A DNA stretch of 64,000 nucleotides from Tubiluchus corallicola (Eukaryota > Animalia > Priapulida), in the NCBI GenBank assembly GCA_030141605.1, contig JAQGDQ010000576.1, positions 1-64,000 of the forward strand, in the 5' to 3' direction. The notes under the pieces are model-generated. The model ran no database searches. It saw only the letters and a program-made list of their open reading frames with translations, and was not told the origin of the DNA. Of this stretch, positions 1 to 13,252 are shown piece by piece. Numbering within the stretch: the first letter of the stretch is position 1; every line of letters begins with the position of its first letter. The position numbers were made by a program, and so were the translations under genes.

Positions 1-200
1 ACATTGCACTATATACTATATTGTATATTACTTTAAAATAGTTAACCTGTGAGGATAAAGAAATTATTGTACAGTTGGTAGGCCGTGTTGTGTTTAGCGC
101 TCGGGCTTGGACGGAAATCGGTCAGTTTCCTTTACCACGGATGACGTCCGTCTTATCCAATATCCGGGCTAACGGGGTCCGATTTAACGAGGGTCGACTG
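1..200. mobile_element. Tc1/mariner-pogo-like MITE, right part (truncated by window start)
   Basis: Ends ...TTAACGAGGGTCGACTG followed by TA; homologous to the copies at 23630-23975 and 59769-60197. Confidence 0.8.
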
Positions 201-788
201 TATATGATTTATTTTGAATTATTGAACCATAACAGATTTATTGGATCAGTTACATAAATAAACAACAAAACAATTTCAGTTAGTAGTAAAAAACTCAACT
301 CACATTTTTGCATAAATAACATGCGCTGTTATGCCATTTTCACTATACAATATTGACCATGATTTTACGTTGCCGGATCACAAATTATTCGCAACATAAA
401 TGTTGCAGAACATCATTTAACTGCTGACTAAAAATGAAAAATCACTTCAGTTTAAGTCACTTAAAACATCTATAACATAGGAAATAGTGATGAGCCTTTA
501 GCTTGTGTAAGTTCTTTAAGTTCTTTAGCTTTCTTAGATATGATGCTTCTAATTTTTGGATAATCAAACTTATCGTAGTTACCATTATATTTACATCGTA
601 ACCAAAACGTTGACTGCACAGAATATTTTGAACTCAGAAGCAAATTACTGCCGTTAATACGCGACATAAATAATTTTGCAATTTTGGTTTCAAACCGGGT
701 ACTCAGATGAAGCACGTCTGATAAATAAACAGGGTGTGAAGCAAACGCTTACGGTCCTGAAGGAGTTAAATGTGAAACGAAAATTTAC

Positions 789-899
789 CTGTAAAAGCAA
801 TGAAGCACATTTATAATTATTCCATCGACAAGCGCTGTGAATGGGCTGCCATCCGTCAACCGTTTTTGCATTAACATCACAGCCAAACTTCATCAAAAC
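789..899 (-). CDS. ANKRD49: ANKRD49-like ankyrin repeat protein, coding exon 3 (gene continues beyond window start)
   Basis: AG|VLMKFGCDVNAKTVDGWQPIHSACRWNNYKCASLLLQ|GT, phase 0-0; matches the ANKRD49 pattern TVDGWTPLHSACKWNN. Confidence 0.85.
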
Positions 900-1285
900 C
901 TACAACAATTCATTAATATGCTACACACGTCTAACATAAATTTATTCACAAATGTTTATATTATTATATTAATTTGCAAACTTCTGAATGAACAGTGGTG
1001 GTTTAGCAAAATATTTTAAATTAAGCAGTATACACTCATATCTCTGTTTGCCGGACAAAAGCAGAGAAACGAAACGTCGGTCCAAATTTGCTGATTGTCC
1101 GTATTCGGCGATAATAAGCTAGTACGGAAGGCACAGTGTATTAGAGTCACAGTAATGTAGAATCAATCTCACCTAATTGTCTCAAAAACATCTAGTACGG
1201 GCCGTGCTCTTATGCAAAACTCAATGCTATGCTAACTGACTCAAACAACTCTGCATAATGGACTCTGCATTTTTTTGTACTTGCT

Positions 1286-1564
1286 TTACACTGATGGAAT
1301 GATATAAACAAAGCGGCGGCCCCCCTACCAGTTCGCAAAACAACAGACTACTGTATCCTCAGAATGCGAGACTTTTTAACGGTCTCAAAAATTTCTAGTG
1401 TGGGTCACTCTTGACATACAAGCTACAAGTGTCATTACACCATTACGTGGTTACACTGATGTAACGATATAAACAAAGTGACGGCGCGCCAACTAGTGGT
1501 CAGTTAGTGAAACAACGGACTACTGCATCCTCAGAATGCGAGACTTTTTAATGGTCTCAAAAAT
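1286..1564. repeat. imperfect direct duplication (period ~166 bp)
   Basis: TACACTGATG..GATATAAACAAAG..TCCTCAGAATGCGAGACTTTTTAA..GGTCTCAAAAAT occurs twice. Confidence 0.7.
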
Positions 1565-1654
1565 ATAATATAGAGGAAAGGATGAGCCATTTTGCATGAA
1601 AGGTTTATTTTACTGTCATCAGTTAAACTAAACTGTCTATAAAGCATAAAGTTC

Positions 1655-2256
1655 TACTACCATTGTACTATCAAAGCTATACTACTGTTTATACTACCAT
1701 TGTACTATCAAAGCTATACTACTGTTTATACTACCATTGTACTATCAAAGCTATACTACTGTTTATACTACCATTGTACTATCAAAGCTATACTACTGTT
1801 TATACTACCATTGTACTATCAAAGCTATACTACTGTTTATACTACCATTGTACTATCAAAGCTATACTACTGTTTATACTACCGTTGTATTATCAAAGCT
1901 ATACTACTGTTTGTACTACCATTGTACTATCAAAGCTATACTACTGTTTGTACTACCATTGTACTATCAAAGCTATACTACTGTTTATACTACCATTGTA
2001 CTATCAAAGCTATACTACTGTTTATACTACCATTGTACTATCAAAGCTATACTACTGTTTATACTACCATTGTACTATCAAAGCTATACTACTGTTTGTA
2101 CTACCATTGTACTATCAAAGCTATACTACTGTTTATACTACCGTTGTACTATCAAAGCTATACTACTGTTTGTACTACCATTGTACTATCAAAGCTATAC
2201 TACTGTTTGTACTACCATTGTACTATCAAAGCTATACTACTGTTTGTACTACCATT
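1655..2256. repeat. 37-bp minisatellite, ~16 copies
   Basis: Unit TACTACCATTGTACTATCAAAGCTATACTACTGTTTA; explains the spurious ORFs in three frames. Confidence 0.95.
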
Positions 2257-2898
2257 AAATAGAAATTGCCAGGACCAGTGGTAGCCGCCATTCACTTGAA
2301 AATTATGACGTAACTGATGTACATCTTACTTGTAAGTGCATCGTGGTTTTGCATAATTTACTTAATGTTTATGCAACAATATCACAAAATTAGTTATCTA
2401 ATTTTTTGTAAAAATTTATTATGCTTTCGAGGGAGATTGACACGGTGCAATTTTTCTTCAGTTCATTAGTTTTACTCGTGTGTATGAATATTTTTCAATG
2501 ATTGCAGTGAAATATAACCTATAACTTCTTCACAGCTTCTTCGCTAGCTGCCATTTTTGTACTCGAAAACTATTTTTATAGACACGTGTGCTACTTTCTC
2601 GTTAACAACTATATGACTACATCACTACATGCATCACAAGTCAACGAATTTAAAGCCCACAGTTTGCAACACTGTGGTTTAAAAACGTGCACATTGTGTA
2701 AGACCAGAAAAACAAAGAAAAAATGCAAGAACTCGGTTTACTTGTGCAAAATACTGCCTTTTAATCAGTGTGTAACACGTGTATTTTGCTCTGGATTAAC
2801 CTTGATTAATTCAATTGTTGAATAAATGGATTTATACACAGTTGTAATCGTGATTAATTCCATTAATCTATTAATCACCCTTTGCTACCAGATATTGA

Positions 2899-3657
2899 CG
2901 TTGGGCGCCGAGTAGCCCACTAGTCAAAGTAGGACAATTGGCGTACATAGGCTAGCCCAAGAAGAATGCGTCGTACATGGGCTGCCCAAGTAGGACACTA
3001 GACACAGGTCACAAATTGAGTCGTTAGCCGTACTGGCAGCACCTGTTGTCCTTGATTATTTAATAATAATAATTGAAAACGTTAAACAGGCTGAATAATT
3101 TCTTATACATCTGGTAAAATAAAACAACCTTATTTTGAGTTAGTAATATGGTCAATGTTAAATTTGGCTTCGATATTAATCTCTTTGAAGTGAAATAAAC
3201 CCACTCCTTAGGCGATTCCGACATTTGCTTAAGGTACATCACTTTCATTTTGTCTCGCTTCACAGACAGGTGACCCGTTTCACTCCCTCTTGGACAAATA
3301 ATTGTTTTCTACTAAGTAAACGGGTTAGCGAGTTATGTGCCCTACGTAGTTTCTCTCTTTAAAGCATCAGATAGTTTAATGTTATGATGATATTAATGGA
3401 GCTAATAATAATGATGATATTGATGTAAAAAATACATTTGTAAATTGTCAAGGAGTATCCATCATTATTATAAAGTTACTTTTTTCTAAAACAAATTTAG
3501 TTTTACGTTTCATGATGTCATAATTCTCGATTCTCGACAGAAATCGCCAGTGTCCTACTTGGGCTGCCCGTGTACGACACTGTTTTTCCACAAATTTAGC
3601 ACACGCGTTTTACCGGACGTGTCCTACTTCGGCCAGTGGTTTACTCGGCGCCCTACA
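2899..3657. mobile_element. non-autonomous DNA transposon (MITE) with ~40-bp TIRs
   Basis: CGTTGGGCGCCGAGTAGCCCACT..AAGTAGGACA at the left end, TGTCCTACTT..AGTGGTTTACTCGGCGCCCTACA at the right; flanked by ATTGA direct repeat; subterminal AAGTAGGACA repeats. Confidence 0.7.
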
Positions 3658-3685
3658 ATTGATAATTTTAGCTTTTACTTAATAC

Positions 3686-3846
3686 CTCCATACAGTCAAT
3701 GTTTCCACTATAACAAGCCCGGTGTAAAGCTGTATATCCATCTTCATCAATCAGATTAACCAAGGATGAGTTTTCGTCCAGGAGTGCTTCTAGCATCTTC
3801 ACGTTGTTTGTCTCTGCTGCCCACAGTAATCTCTTGTTTACGTCTT
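3686..3846 (-). CDS. ANKRD49: ANKRD49-like, coding exon 2
   Basis: (E)DVNKRLLWAAETNNVKMLEALLDENSSLVNLIDEDGYTALHRACYSGNIDCME; AG/GT boundaries, phase 1-0; LLWAAE and DEDxYTxLHRAxYSG motifs as in ANKRD49. Confidence 0.88.
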
Positions 3847-4285
3847 CTGCAAACGAGACGCATCGGCCGCCGTTAATGTTTATTTCTACAATTTTTACGG
3901 AGCTTAGAGAAGCAGCAAATTTATCCGATGTTTACGTTTGTGGGGTTAACATTTTTCTGACATGCTTGCTCTTTAAAAGCGGGATTTTAATGTTATTAGA
4001 CTGAAGGTTTTTTCTGCATCTAAAGGAAGTTCTCGAAAAGCACATTTTTAGAAATGGATAGTGATTTTCTAAACGATTACATCAGTTAGGGGTCTGTTAA
4101 ATGTTTAAATGTCTTAGACTTACTTGGCTTCAATAATAGATTGTTTTTTAAAAGTAACTACTTGCGGAAGTAATGAAGACTGTTTCAGCAATCAGTCAAT
4201 GTCGTTATAACTATTGTCAAGCTATTAGGTTTAATGTGCATCTGCTTTGATTTTCATTTCATCTGCTTGCTGATTTATACCAATT

Positions 4286-4657
4286 AGCCTTTTCACAGTT
4301 CCAGTGATTGATGACGATCGTGAAAAGGTCAAAGGTTAAATGTACCAGACGACGCATTTGTGTACACTTGACAACGCCTCGCAGCCCGTGCTATTGTAAT
4401 AGTAACAGTATTAATAACTAGATAGAACCACACATAGTTCATTTTTTCGTGTTCTGCTAGTAAGTCACTCTGCGCACAAACTAATGCATAATTAGGTAAA
4501 GTCCACGTAAAACAACCGAAGTTGTGAACTGATGTGGCAGACAGCTTTGCTTTACCAACATGACACATGACGTTTGTAGTTAAGACACGTTGCTGTGGTA
4601 CACTTAACCTTTGATTACAACAACTGCATGTGCACACAATGAAACTGTGAAAAGACT
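4286..4657. mobile_element. MITE, possibly PIF/Harbinger-like
   Basis: TIRs AGCCTTTTCACAGTT / AACTGTGAAAAGACT; the left end recurs at ~45665-45730. Confidence 0.55.
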
Positions 4658-4810
4658 CATTTGCTAAACAACCAACTAGGCCTTATAATGATACATCGAT
4701 GATAGCTTTTATTACAATATTGCCAAAGTGCAACTGTATCCTGATAATTACAGTCAACGATATAATTTAGCAAATTAGCATGCGCTTAACCGTATTCCGA
4801 TTACAATGAT

Positions 4811-6645
4811 GTGAAGTAATTCAAGCGGCAGCTGTAGAGTGTACTGTAGATACGTAACAATCAGTCAAGTAATTCAAGCTGCAGCTGTAGAGCATACTGT
4901 AGATACGTAACAATCAGTGAAGTAATTCAAGCTGCAGCTGTAGAGAGTACTGTAGATACGTAACAATCAGTGAAGTAATTCAAGTTGCAGCTGTAGAGTG
5001 TACTGTAGATACGTAACAATCAGTGAAGTAATTCAAGCTGCAGCTGTAGAGCATACTGTAGATACGTAACAATCAGTGAAGTAATTCAAGCTGCAGCTGT
5101 AGAGAGTACTGTAGATACGTAACAATCAGTGAAGTAATTTAAGCTGCAGCTGTAGAGAGTACTGTAGATACGTAACAATCAGTGAAGTAATTCAAGCTGC
5201 AGCTGTAGAGTGCACTGTAGATACGTAACAATCAGTGAAGTAATTCAAGCTGCAGCTGTAGAGCGTACTGTAGATACGTAACAATCAGTGAAGTAATTCA
5301 AGATGCAGCTGTAGAGCGTACTGTAGGTACGTAACAATCAGTGAAGTAATTCAAGCTGCAGCTGTAGAGCATACTGTAGATATGTAACAATCAGTGAAGT
5401 AATTCAAGCTGCAGCTGTAGAGCATATCGTATATACATACCAATCAGTGAAGTAATTCAAGCTGCAGCTGTAGAGCATACTGTAGATACGTAACAATCAG
5501 TAAAGTAATTCAAGCGGCAGCTGTAGAGAGTACTGTAGATACGTAACAATCAGTGAGGTAATTCAAGCTGCAGCTGTAGAGCATACTGTAGATACGTAAC
5601 AATCAGTGAAGTAATTCAAGCTGCAGCTATAGAGCATACTGTAGATACATAACAATCAGTGAAGTAATTCAAGCTGCAGCTGTAGAGCGTACTGAAGAAA
5701 CATAACAATCAGTGAAGTAATTCAAGCTACAGCTGTAGAGCATACTGTAGATATATAACAATCAGTGAAGTAATTCAAGCTGCAGCTGTAGAGCATACTG
5801 AAGAAACGTAACAATCAGTGAAATGATTCAAGCTGCAGCTGTAGAGTTTACTGTAGATACGTAACAATCAGTGAAGTAATTCAAGCTGCAGCTGTAGAGC
5901 ATACTGTAGATATATAACAATCAGTGAAGTAATTCAAGCTGCAGCTGTAGAGCATACTGTAGATACGTAACAATCAGTGAGGTAATTCAAGCTGCAGCTG
6001 TAGAGAGTACTGAAGAAACGTAACAATCAGTGAAATGATTCAAGCTGCAGCTGTAGAGTTTACTGTAGATACGTAACCATCAGTGAAGTAATTCAAGCTG
6101 CAGCTGTAGAGCGTACTATAGATACATAACCATCAGTGAAGTAATTCAAGCTGCAGCTGTAGAGCGTACTGTAGATACGTAACAATCAGTGAAGTAATTC
6201 AAGCTGCAGCTGTAGAGCATACTGTAGATACGTAACAATCAGTGAAGTAATTCAAGCTGCAGCTGTAGAGAGTACTGTAGATACGTAACAATCAGTGAAG
6301 TAATTCAAGCTGCAGCTGTAGAGTGCACTGTAGATACGTAACAATCAGTGAAGTAATTCAAGCTGCAGCTGTAGAGCGTACTGTAGATACATAACCATCA
6401 GTGAAGTAATTCAAGCTGCAGCTGTAGAGCGTACTGTAGATACGTAACAATCAGTGAAGTAATTCAAGCTGCAGCTGTAGAGTGCACTGTAGATACGTAA
6501 CAATCAGTGAAGTAATTCAAGCTGCAGCTGTAGAGTGCACTGTAGATACGTAACAATCAGTGAAGTAATTCAAGCTGCAGCTGTAGAGCGTACTGAAGAA
6601 ACGTAACAATCAGTGAAATGATTCAAGCTGCAGCTGTAGAGAGCA
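4811..6645. repeat. 53-bp minisatellite, ~34 copies, in ANKRD49 intron
   Basis: Unit GTGAAGTAATTCAAGCTGCAGCTGTAGAGCATACTGTAGATACGTAACAATCA with point variants. Confidence 0.95.
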
Positions 6646-7187
6646 GCTGTTGAGATATATCTCAATGCAAAATATATTGTACACATAAAAACTTGTGAAA
6701 TGGCAATGTAAAAATGCACTAGGAACTTTTAAACCTAAAGTATTGATATGTTTTTTTTTTTGGTGGCTTGCATTACAATGCAAACATTACGCAAGTAATA
6801 AATAAAAATCAAAAGGTCTGTCGAGTTATTTTAGCATTTAGCAATTCTAAAACTGTTGAGTGATAAAATATGTTTAGCATTTATTATCAACAGCTTCATC
6901 TACTTTTATTTTGAAAACCTGCAAATTCAGGTGTATCATGATACGCATCATATCGTGAGGTCGGTATCGTCGTCACATGTATCATATCAAGACTTAAGTG
7001 TATCATTACAGCCCTATATCATCATCATACACCCGTCAAGTCTATTGTAGACATTGGGCAGGCAGAATTCTAAAATAAAAGAATAATTCAGCCCTATATC
7101 TAAGCATTGATTGTTCAGCAAGATGGTTTATCTTCGCATACAAGACAAGACTCAAACCCCTCATCGTAGATGAACACCCCATTTTAC

Positions 7188-7377
7188 CTGGAACGTGACT
7201 AATTCTTTTAGCTTCTGTTTCATCTTCTTCTTCCGTAACGTCAAACACGCTCTCAAATTGACTAGGATTGCCTTCCTTCGCTCGGAGAACTTCTTCCATC
7301 AGTTGTTCATTAAAACTAGGTCTGCGATCACTTTTCTTATCGTCACCGTCACTGTCAGCACCGTCGTCCTCCTCCAT
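7188..7377 (-). CDS. ANKRD49: ANKRD49-like, first coding exon (acidic N-terminus)
   Basis: ATG at 7377; MEEDDGADSDG...KRISHVP+G|GTAAAA, phase 1, joins exon 2 in frame. An acceptor at 7413-7414 implies a further 5' UTR exon upstream. Confidence 0.75.
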
Positions 7378-8222
7378 GGTTTTATTTGATTTAAACGGTT
7401 ATGTTAGCAGACCTGTAAAAGATTTCAACCATTCAGATATGTATTATCGTGTAAGTCATCAATTCATTCAACAAGTCTTGGACATGGCTTGGGGGTTGGA
7501 CATTTAAGGTAGTGATGGGCGGACCAATGATCGGTGAACATGTTCTGATTGGTTCGTCACTAAATTACTGATTGGTTCAGTAAATTATTGAGCCTGTCAC
7601 AACATCAAAATTGTGGAATCTATAAGAAAATATGAAGAATTTCTGAAGGTAAATTGCTAAGACATCAGAATAGGTAGAATACAGGTGAGCTTTATTTATA
7701 AATCATTAACAACACTATACATTGTTCTCTCAGTTTAAGAAACATGCTTACTAAATGATCTCTGAAAGCCAACTGCCCAGGGAAGTTTTTTCCATGAAGC
7801 AAGGAAGCCAGCAATTCAATGAAGGTAAATGTTATGCATAATAGTTCAAGGATGAAAGTTTAGACTGTATATAAAGAAACTGACTTATTTTATAGCTGAA
7901 ATTTCTTGTGTGGGATTTTTGATATTTTAACAAGAGAATGTAATAATATGACATGATAAATAAAAAATAATGACATAATAATAAAAAATAAAATCAAGAA
8001 ATCGTGAGCTTCAGGACAGAAAATGTAAAAATAAAATATTTGAAGCTTACAGCAAAAGTCTTGAAATGTTCAACACATAGTTACAATCAAATTATTTACA
8101 TAATCCCACCGTAATTCATCGCACCAGGTTAAGAATTGGTTTCTCACAACGTAATGATCATCTATGTAGCGACGGTTGTAAGCACACTACTGGAAATTAT
8201 CTTACTAAAAATTGTTTATGTG

Positions 8223-8728
8223 CAGGCCACTTTATTTAGGTCATTTGACCTAAATAACCTAAATAGCTTATTTAGGTTGCTTTTCAGATTTTATTTAGGT
8301 CATTTTAGGTTTTTGTCAAATTAGTGCTGAATTCGATGCCAAAAAGTCAGATTTTTAGGCAGTTATAGTGATATTCATTTATTTTGTTTTTCTTTCCTTT
8401 CAACACAGTGAATAAATTGTACCAAATTATTCCTTATCACTATCTGTTATCACATTTTCATCAGTTCGAAAAACTGTTTTGCTTGGAGGCACCCCTCCAG
8501 GCTGAAGTCTGTCATGCTCTGCTTGTAGCAATCTTTGATTTCCCCAACAATGCTAAAGTCAGCCTCTACAGTAGCAGTTGTCGGAAAGAGAGTTGCACGT
8601 CCTCCAGCAAATCCCATCAAGGAAGAGTAGCGATCGAAGCGGCAAAAAAGCAAAAAAAGTTATTTAGGTTATTTTTCAGATCTTCTTTAGGTCATTTTAG
8701 GTCTAAACAACCTAAATAAAGTGGCCTG
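8223..8728 (-). mobile_element. internally deleted hAT-type transposon with transposase C-terminal remnant
   Basis: TIRs CAGGCCACTTTATTTAGGT / ACCTAAATAAAGTGGCCTG; perfect 8-bp TSD TTTATGTG; minus ORF 8450-8653 has ATLFPTTATVEADFS, resembling the hAT dimerization-region PxTxxxxExxFS motif. Confidence 0.85.
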
Positions 8729-9249
8729 TTTATGTGGATATCATACTGAAAATATTCACAATTATCTACCCGATTGCCCTTTGTATATTGCAAGTAGAAG
8801 TCAACTCCATAAAAAACTCTATGATTTATTTACTTCTAAAATAATATTAATTTAGGTAGCTGTTAATTTCAATAATCAATTATCAACCCTGCTATCCGGC
8901 AATGCCACAACTAAGCCATGATCAAAATGATCACATATTTCAGTTAGTGCAGAGACATATTAAAGAGACAAAAAGATTCAACTGTAGACATTGGTCAATA
9001 CTCAGTACTTTTAGCAGCTAAAATAATTAGAAATTAGTGAACTTACAAAGTGTAATGCATTTTTGTTAATGTAATATCGTCCAATGCTTCATCGTCAATT
9101 TAATTCTCAATGTAATTTTCAATGTATGTATCAGCCTCGGGTACATGTAGACGTATTTTTACTGTTCACCTTGGGCTTTATAATATAACAAATAAAAAAT
9201 ACGTTTATATAAAAAAATATTTAGATGTGGCAATCACATTTTGTTCACT

Positions 9250-9800
9250 TGCCTTCCTGATGACATCCTACGCTCAAACGGCACAGCCAAACGTAAACAG
9301 CAGCTTAAAAGCACAGGAAAACCCTTCATAAACATAAAGCTTGAAAAATCCGTTTTGAAATTTTATATCACTTACATACTGCCTTTTTGCGTACAGGACT
9401 TTAACTGGCAGTCACGCTGTATAAAACTTGTAAATTTGAACTGCCGCGATGACCGTTAGACGCAGCCATTTTCACGGCAGGTCATTTGAAACAAGTTTAG
9501 GTAACATTTTGTAAAGTTTAAAAATAATCAGAGCATTCGTAGCGCACAAGTCACTAACTAATAAAATTTAAAATTACTGTATCTTGTCGATAAGATTAAA
9601 AATACGTTTTTTGGCTAGTGAGTGGTGCACCCTGGAGGGTGAGTCAAAAGCATTTTACCAATTCATGAAAACATTTTAAATAATTAATAATTTTCTTTTC
9701 TTGTTACATAAGTCTTTCTAGTAGGCAAGTGAAAATCTAAGTAATATAGATTTGCACGGAAAGTCTTTTGAGATATAATTTAACATTGCCTTTTCTTCCC
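9250..9800. mobile_element. dispersed repeat (probable non-autonomous DNA transposon), related to ~55000-55541
   Basis: Colinear similarity, e.g. TATAAAACTTGTAAATTTGAACT..GATGACC..TTGAAACAAGTTTAGGTAAC..AATAATCAGAGCATT; boundaries approximate. Confidence 0.55.
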
Positions 9801-11695
9801 TTGACTTACGTTTGGTAGATGACGTCATGTAATGGCGACTTCAAAACAGTATTGCGGGAGATTAAAAATGAAGACAAACTAAAATTCCTTTCAACGTGAG
9901 TAAGATATACGCATAAAATTGCTATAAAATAATATAATTTTTCAAGTCGATTTTTCCGTAACCTACTTCAGATACCCCTTTTCTTGTCCTTTAAGTATTT
10001 CAGTTCCATTTGCTGATCATTCAAGCTGTTTTGTTGCGCTACTCATCTCACATCATTTAGTTTGCAACAGTTTTTTGCTAATTTTTTTATAAATCAGATC
10101 ATTTTTTTTGAAGTCCTCGCACATTACCTATTTTTCCCCTTGCAAGCCGTATCAATCAAATCTAATAAGTGATTACAAACAAATGATGATTCATTATTGC
10201 AACCTTGTGGGGAATATGACATCTTTCGACACGTAAATAAATGAAAAGACAATACAGTTTAAAAATAATTTCTTAGCAGCAATATTTACATGTTTTATCC
10301 AACTTGCGATCAGTCAGTATCGGTGAACAGCAAAGGCGATTGGCTCGTTATCCAAGAATAGTGATCGGTCCCCATCACAACTTTAAGGACATTTAACAAA
10401 AAAATCCGCTACCTGATTCAAATGGCTGATCTTGCTTGCAATAATTTTCTATGAAATTATAATACATGCATCTGGCTATAGACCCACCTACCCATTATGG
10501 GGTTACTGTGACATTAAAATGGATTTTTCTAATTGTCTCCAGGTGAAATAATTTCACGTTTATTTTTACTCGCTATCGCCAATTGCAGATTAATGAACAA
10601 ATCGTTTTTTCAATTCGATTCAATTTGGAACTTTATATATCTCCAATACTATATTCATAAGACAGTGTGTAGTGTAGCGTAAAGTGTGTAGGGAAGGGGT
10701 GAAGAAAGGCCAAGAGGTCATCGACTCAGTCACCCCAACTTAAGAATGACAAATGGCGTAAAGGACTGCAGAATACATGATTAGGCTACTGTACAGATTT
10801 TACTTAGAAACTGATTTGATAGACCCAATCTGCCATCAGGAACGTGAACATACTAGCTAATGACAGCATCCTAGCAGTCCTGGCATACTACGTACTAGTT
10901 AGTCACTGAAGTAAGTGTAAATTATCCAAGAATATCTTATCCAAGTACTACCAACACCACTACTACTACTTATACTACTTTGGAATTCGAGTTCAAATGC
11001 GAATCGCTGCTGCAACACTAATTTAATAGGCCTAGTAATATAATTTTAAGTAAAAACTAAAACGCACATTTGGTGTCTCAACTGTTTCTTTCTATCGTTT
11101 AAGTGAGTTCTTGGAAAAATTCTATTTCCATGCAGAACATACCAAAGCCCAGTTACGTCTTATATCACGACCCGGAAATTTGCTCTACTCCTATCTTAAG
11201 CGGCACAATAAATTATTAGTTAATTTACCCATGAGCAGTTGAGCATGACTTTTTTACAAATTTCGATTCAAGCAGTAGCAGAAATCTTATACGAAACCAG
11301 CTCGTTTCGGAACAGTCGTTTTAACTGGGGCATTTCCTGACACTGAGCCTAATTAAGAGATGATCTCATTTTGAGGTTGTGTTTTACGTGTTACCGTTTT
11401 TGGAATCATTTTTGGCTTGCAGGAAAACGAAATTTGTAAAAATTGACTAACTTGTTATCAGCAATTATTGCTACATAAACTCATAAGCAACAAAAGCGAT
11501 TTAGAACTCCAATTCCTTGATATTAAAAGTTCTCAAGTCATAAGTAACATGTGGGAAACGCGCAAAAGAAACAAGCTAACCAAACCAACATAGACAGTAA
11601 TGCCTGATGTCTGTTTAATTTGGCCACTTGTGTTATTCAGTATGGTGAAATGCTGTTGTAACGGCCAAAATTGCAATAAATACTGCTGCTGTAAT

Positions 11696-12759
11696 TAGGG
11701 TTGCCAGATTAAAAAATTGGAAATACGGGACACTCCAAAAATTTCTCTGCAGATTACTATACATATAGTTATATAAATTTATAGGTGCCTATTAGGGGTG
11801 AGCATCGAACGTTCGAATCGAATTCGATTCGAACGAGTTTTTTTAGTTCGAACTCGATTCGAATCCAAAACTATAGATTTGAATAATTCAGTACTTCAAT
11901 CACCCATGTTCTTTATCACTAAAACGATTGAAACATTATACAATTAGCATAATTTAGCTGTGATTTTTGCACACAATTTTAAAGAAATTGCTAGTCGTTT
12001 TATTGCAGAACAAAATTTAGTGATATGCGTGATCTTTGTAAGACTAATTTTTACTGGTGGTTCGAAAACCTGTTCGAAAATCTTTCGATCTCAATTCGAA
12101 TTCGGTTTACTGAATTCGAAGTTAAAAACATAAGGCAAGGATTTTAATGGATTATGAGGAAAAGAAAATCATTTGAAAATTATTTAATACAAGCTAAAAA
12201 AATTCTGTAAAGGTGAAATTATTTGAAAATATTTATTTAATACAGACAACAGAAAAATATTATTATTATTTAATACAGGCAATAGAGATAACGAAAAGAA
12301 ATTTTGAGAAAGTGAAATCATTGAAATTCTTATTCAATACAGACAATATAAAAATGTAAAGGAAAATATTTTTGAAAATTATTATTTAATACAAACAATA
12401 CGAAAAATAAACTAAAAATTGTTTTGTGTAGATAATATGAAAAAAAGCAAAACTAAGAAACTTGTATAGACACGTCAGTTTTGCATAAACTTCTAGCAAT
12501 ATCAGTTTCCTCATTACATTTGGATTGATTTCATCAAGAGAATCTGAGAAAAGAAAGTATAGGCGTAATTATTATTTATAAAGTTATTTATCAGCCTACT
12601 TATAAAATTACAGCTAACAACCATAAGAAGGTAGTAAAAATAAAATTTTATTACGAAATTTGAAGATGAACAAATACGGGACATTTAGGTATCCCTGAAA
12701 GGTCAGTACGGGACAAAATTATCAAATATGGGATATATAAGGGACGTCTGGCAACCCTA
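11696..12759. mobile_element. hAT (Blackjack-like) non-autonomous element containing a TTCGAA-rich nested fragment (~11793-12120)
   Basis: TIRs TAGGGTTGCCAGA / TCTGGCAACCCTA; 8-bp TSD GCTGTAAT/ACTGTAAT; subterminal ATACGGGACA motifs. Confidence 0.8.
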
Positions 12760-13252
12760 ACTGTAATGTAGCAGTGGCACTTTTATGATACCGAATTATT
12801 AACATCGTCTGCCTCAATAATTATAAAACTTTAACTCGATTTAGCAAACTCAAATTTAAATGAAAATTGAATTTAAAGAGTTCAGTAACATTTCATAGAT
12901 ACAAACAAACTGAGAATATGTAAGTTACTTACAACCATATCAATAACATATAAAAATATTTAAACTTTTATTATTTTTTTAGTTAGCAATAATTTTACAT
13001 GTGCGAATAATAGTAATAAAACAAGGAATGTTAATATACATCTGTGCAAACAAGCAAAGTTTTTAATTATTAATTAAATGCAATAAATGCTATGATAATT
13101 GTAAGTGTTTATGAACTCCTCAAAAAACTCACTAATATTGCAATTATTAATTAATTATTCTTAATTTTAAGAATGAAGGAGAGAAAAATTTATTACAGTA
13201 TTATTTCCTCAAATGCTGTAAATTAGGCTGACAGTAAGTACTAGTTTCTTAA

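Noticed and set aside
470-715. Minus ORF as the next ANKRD49 exon
   Set aside because: The acceptor at 718-719 gives the wrong phase and the peptide lacks the expected ankyrin continuation; the true exon is probably outside the window.
1663-2284. Long ORFs in three frames (also 62010-63157 and 42485-43011)
   Set aside because: Artifacts of stop-poor tandem repeats.
4811-6645. Regular arrays (also 43738-44505 and 1655-2256) as possible CRISPR arrays
   Set aside because: No unique spacers, only point variants of one unit; eukaryotic intronic context; no cas genes.
789-7377. Conserved synteny with the vertebrate ANKRD37-UFSP2 pair
   Set aside because: The ankyrin protein here matches ANKRD49 motifs, so the adjacency is probably coincidental.
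9820-11185. ANKRD49 promoter from a CRE (TGACGTCA at 9820) and an ETS-like CCGGAA (~11172)
   Set aside because: Short motifs with no TSS evidence; the 5' UTR exon could not be placed.
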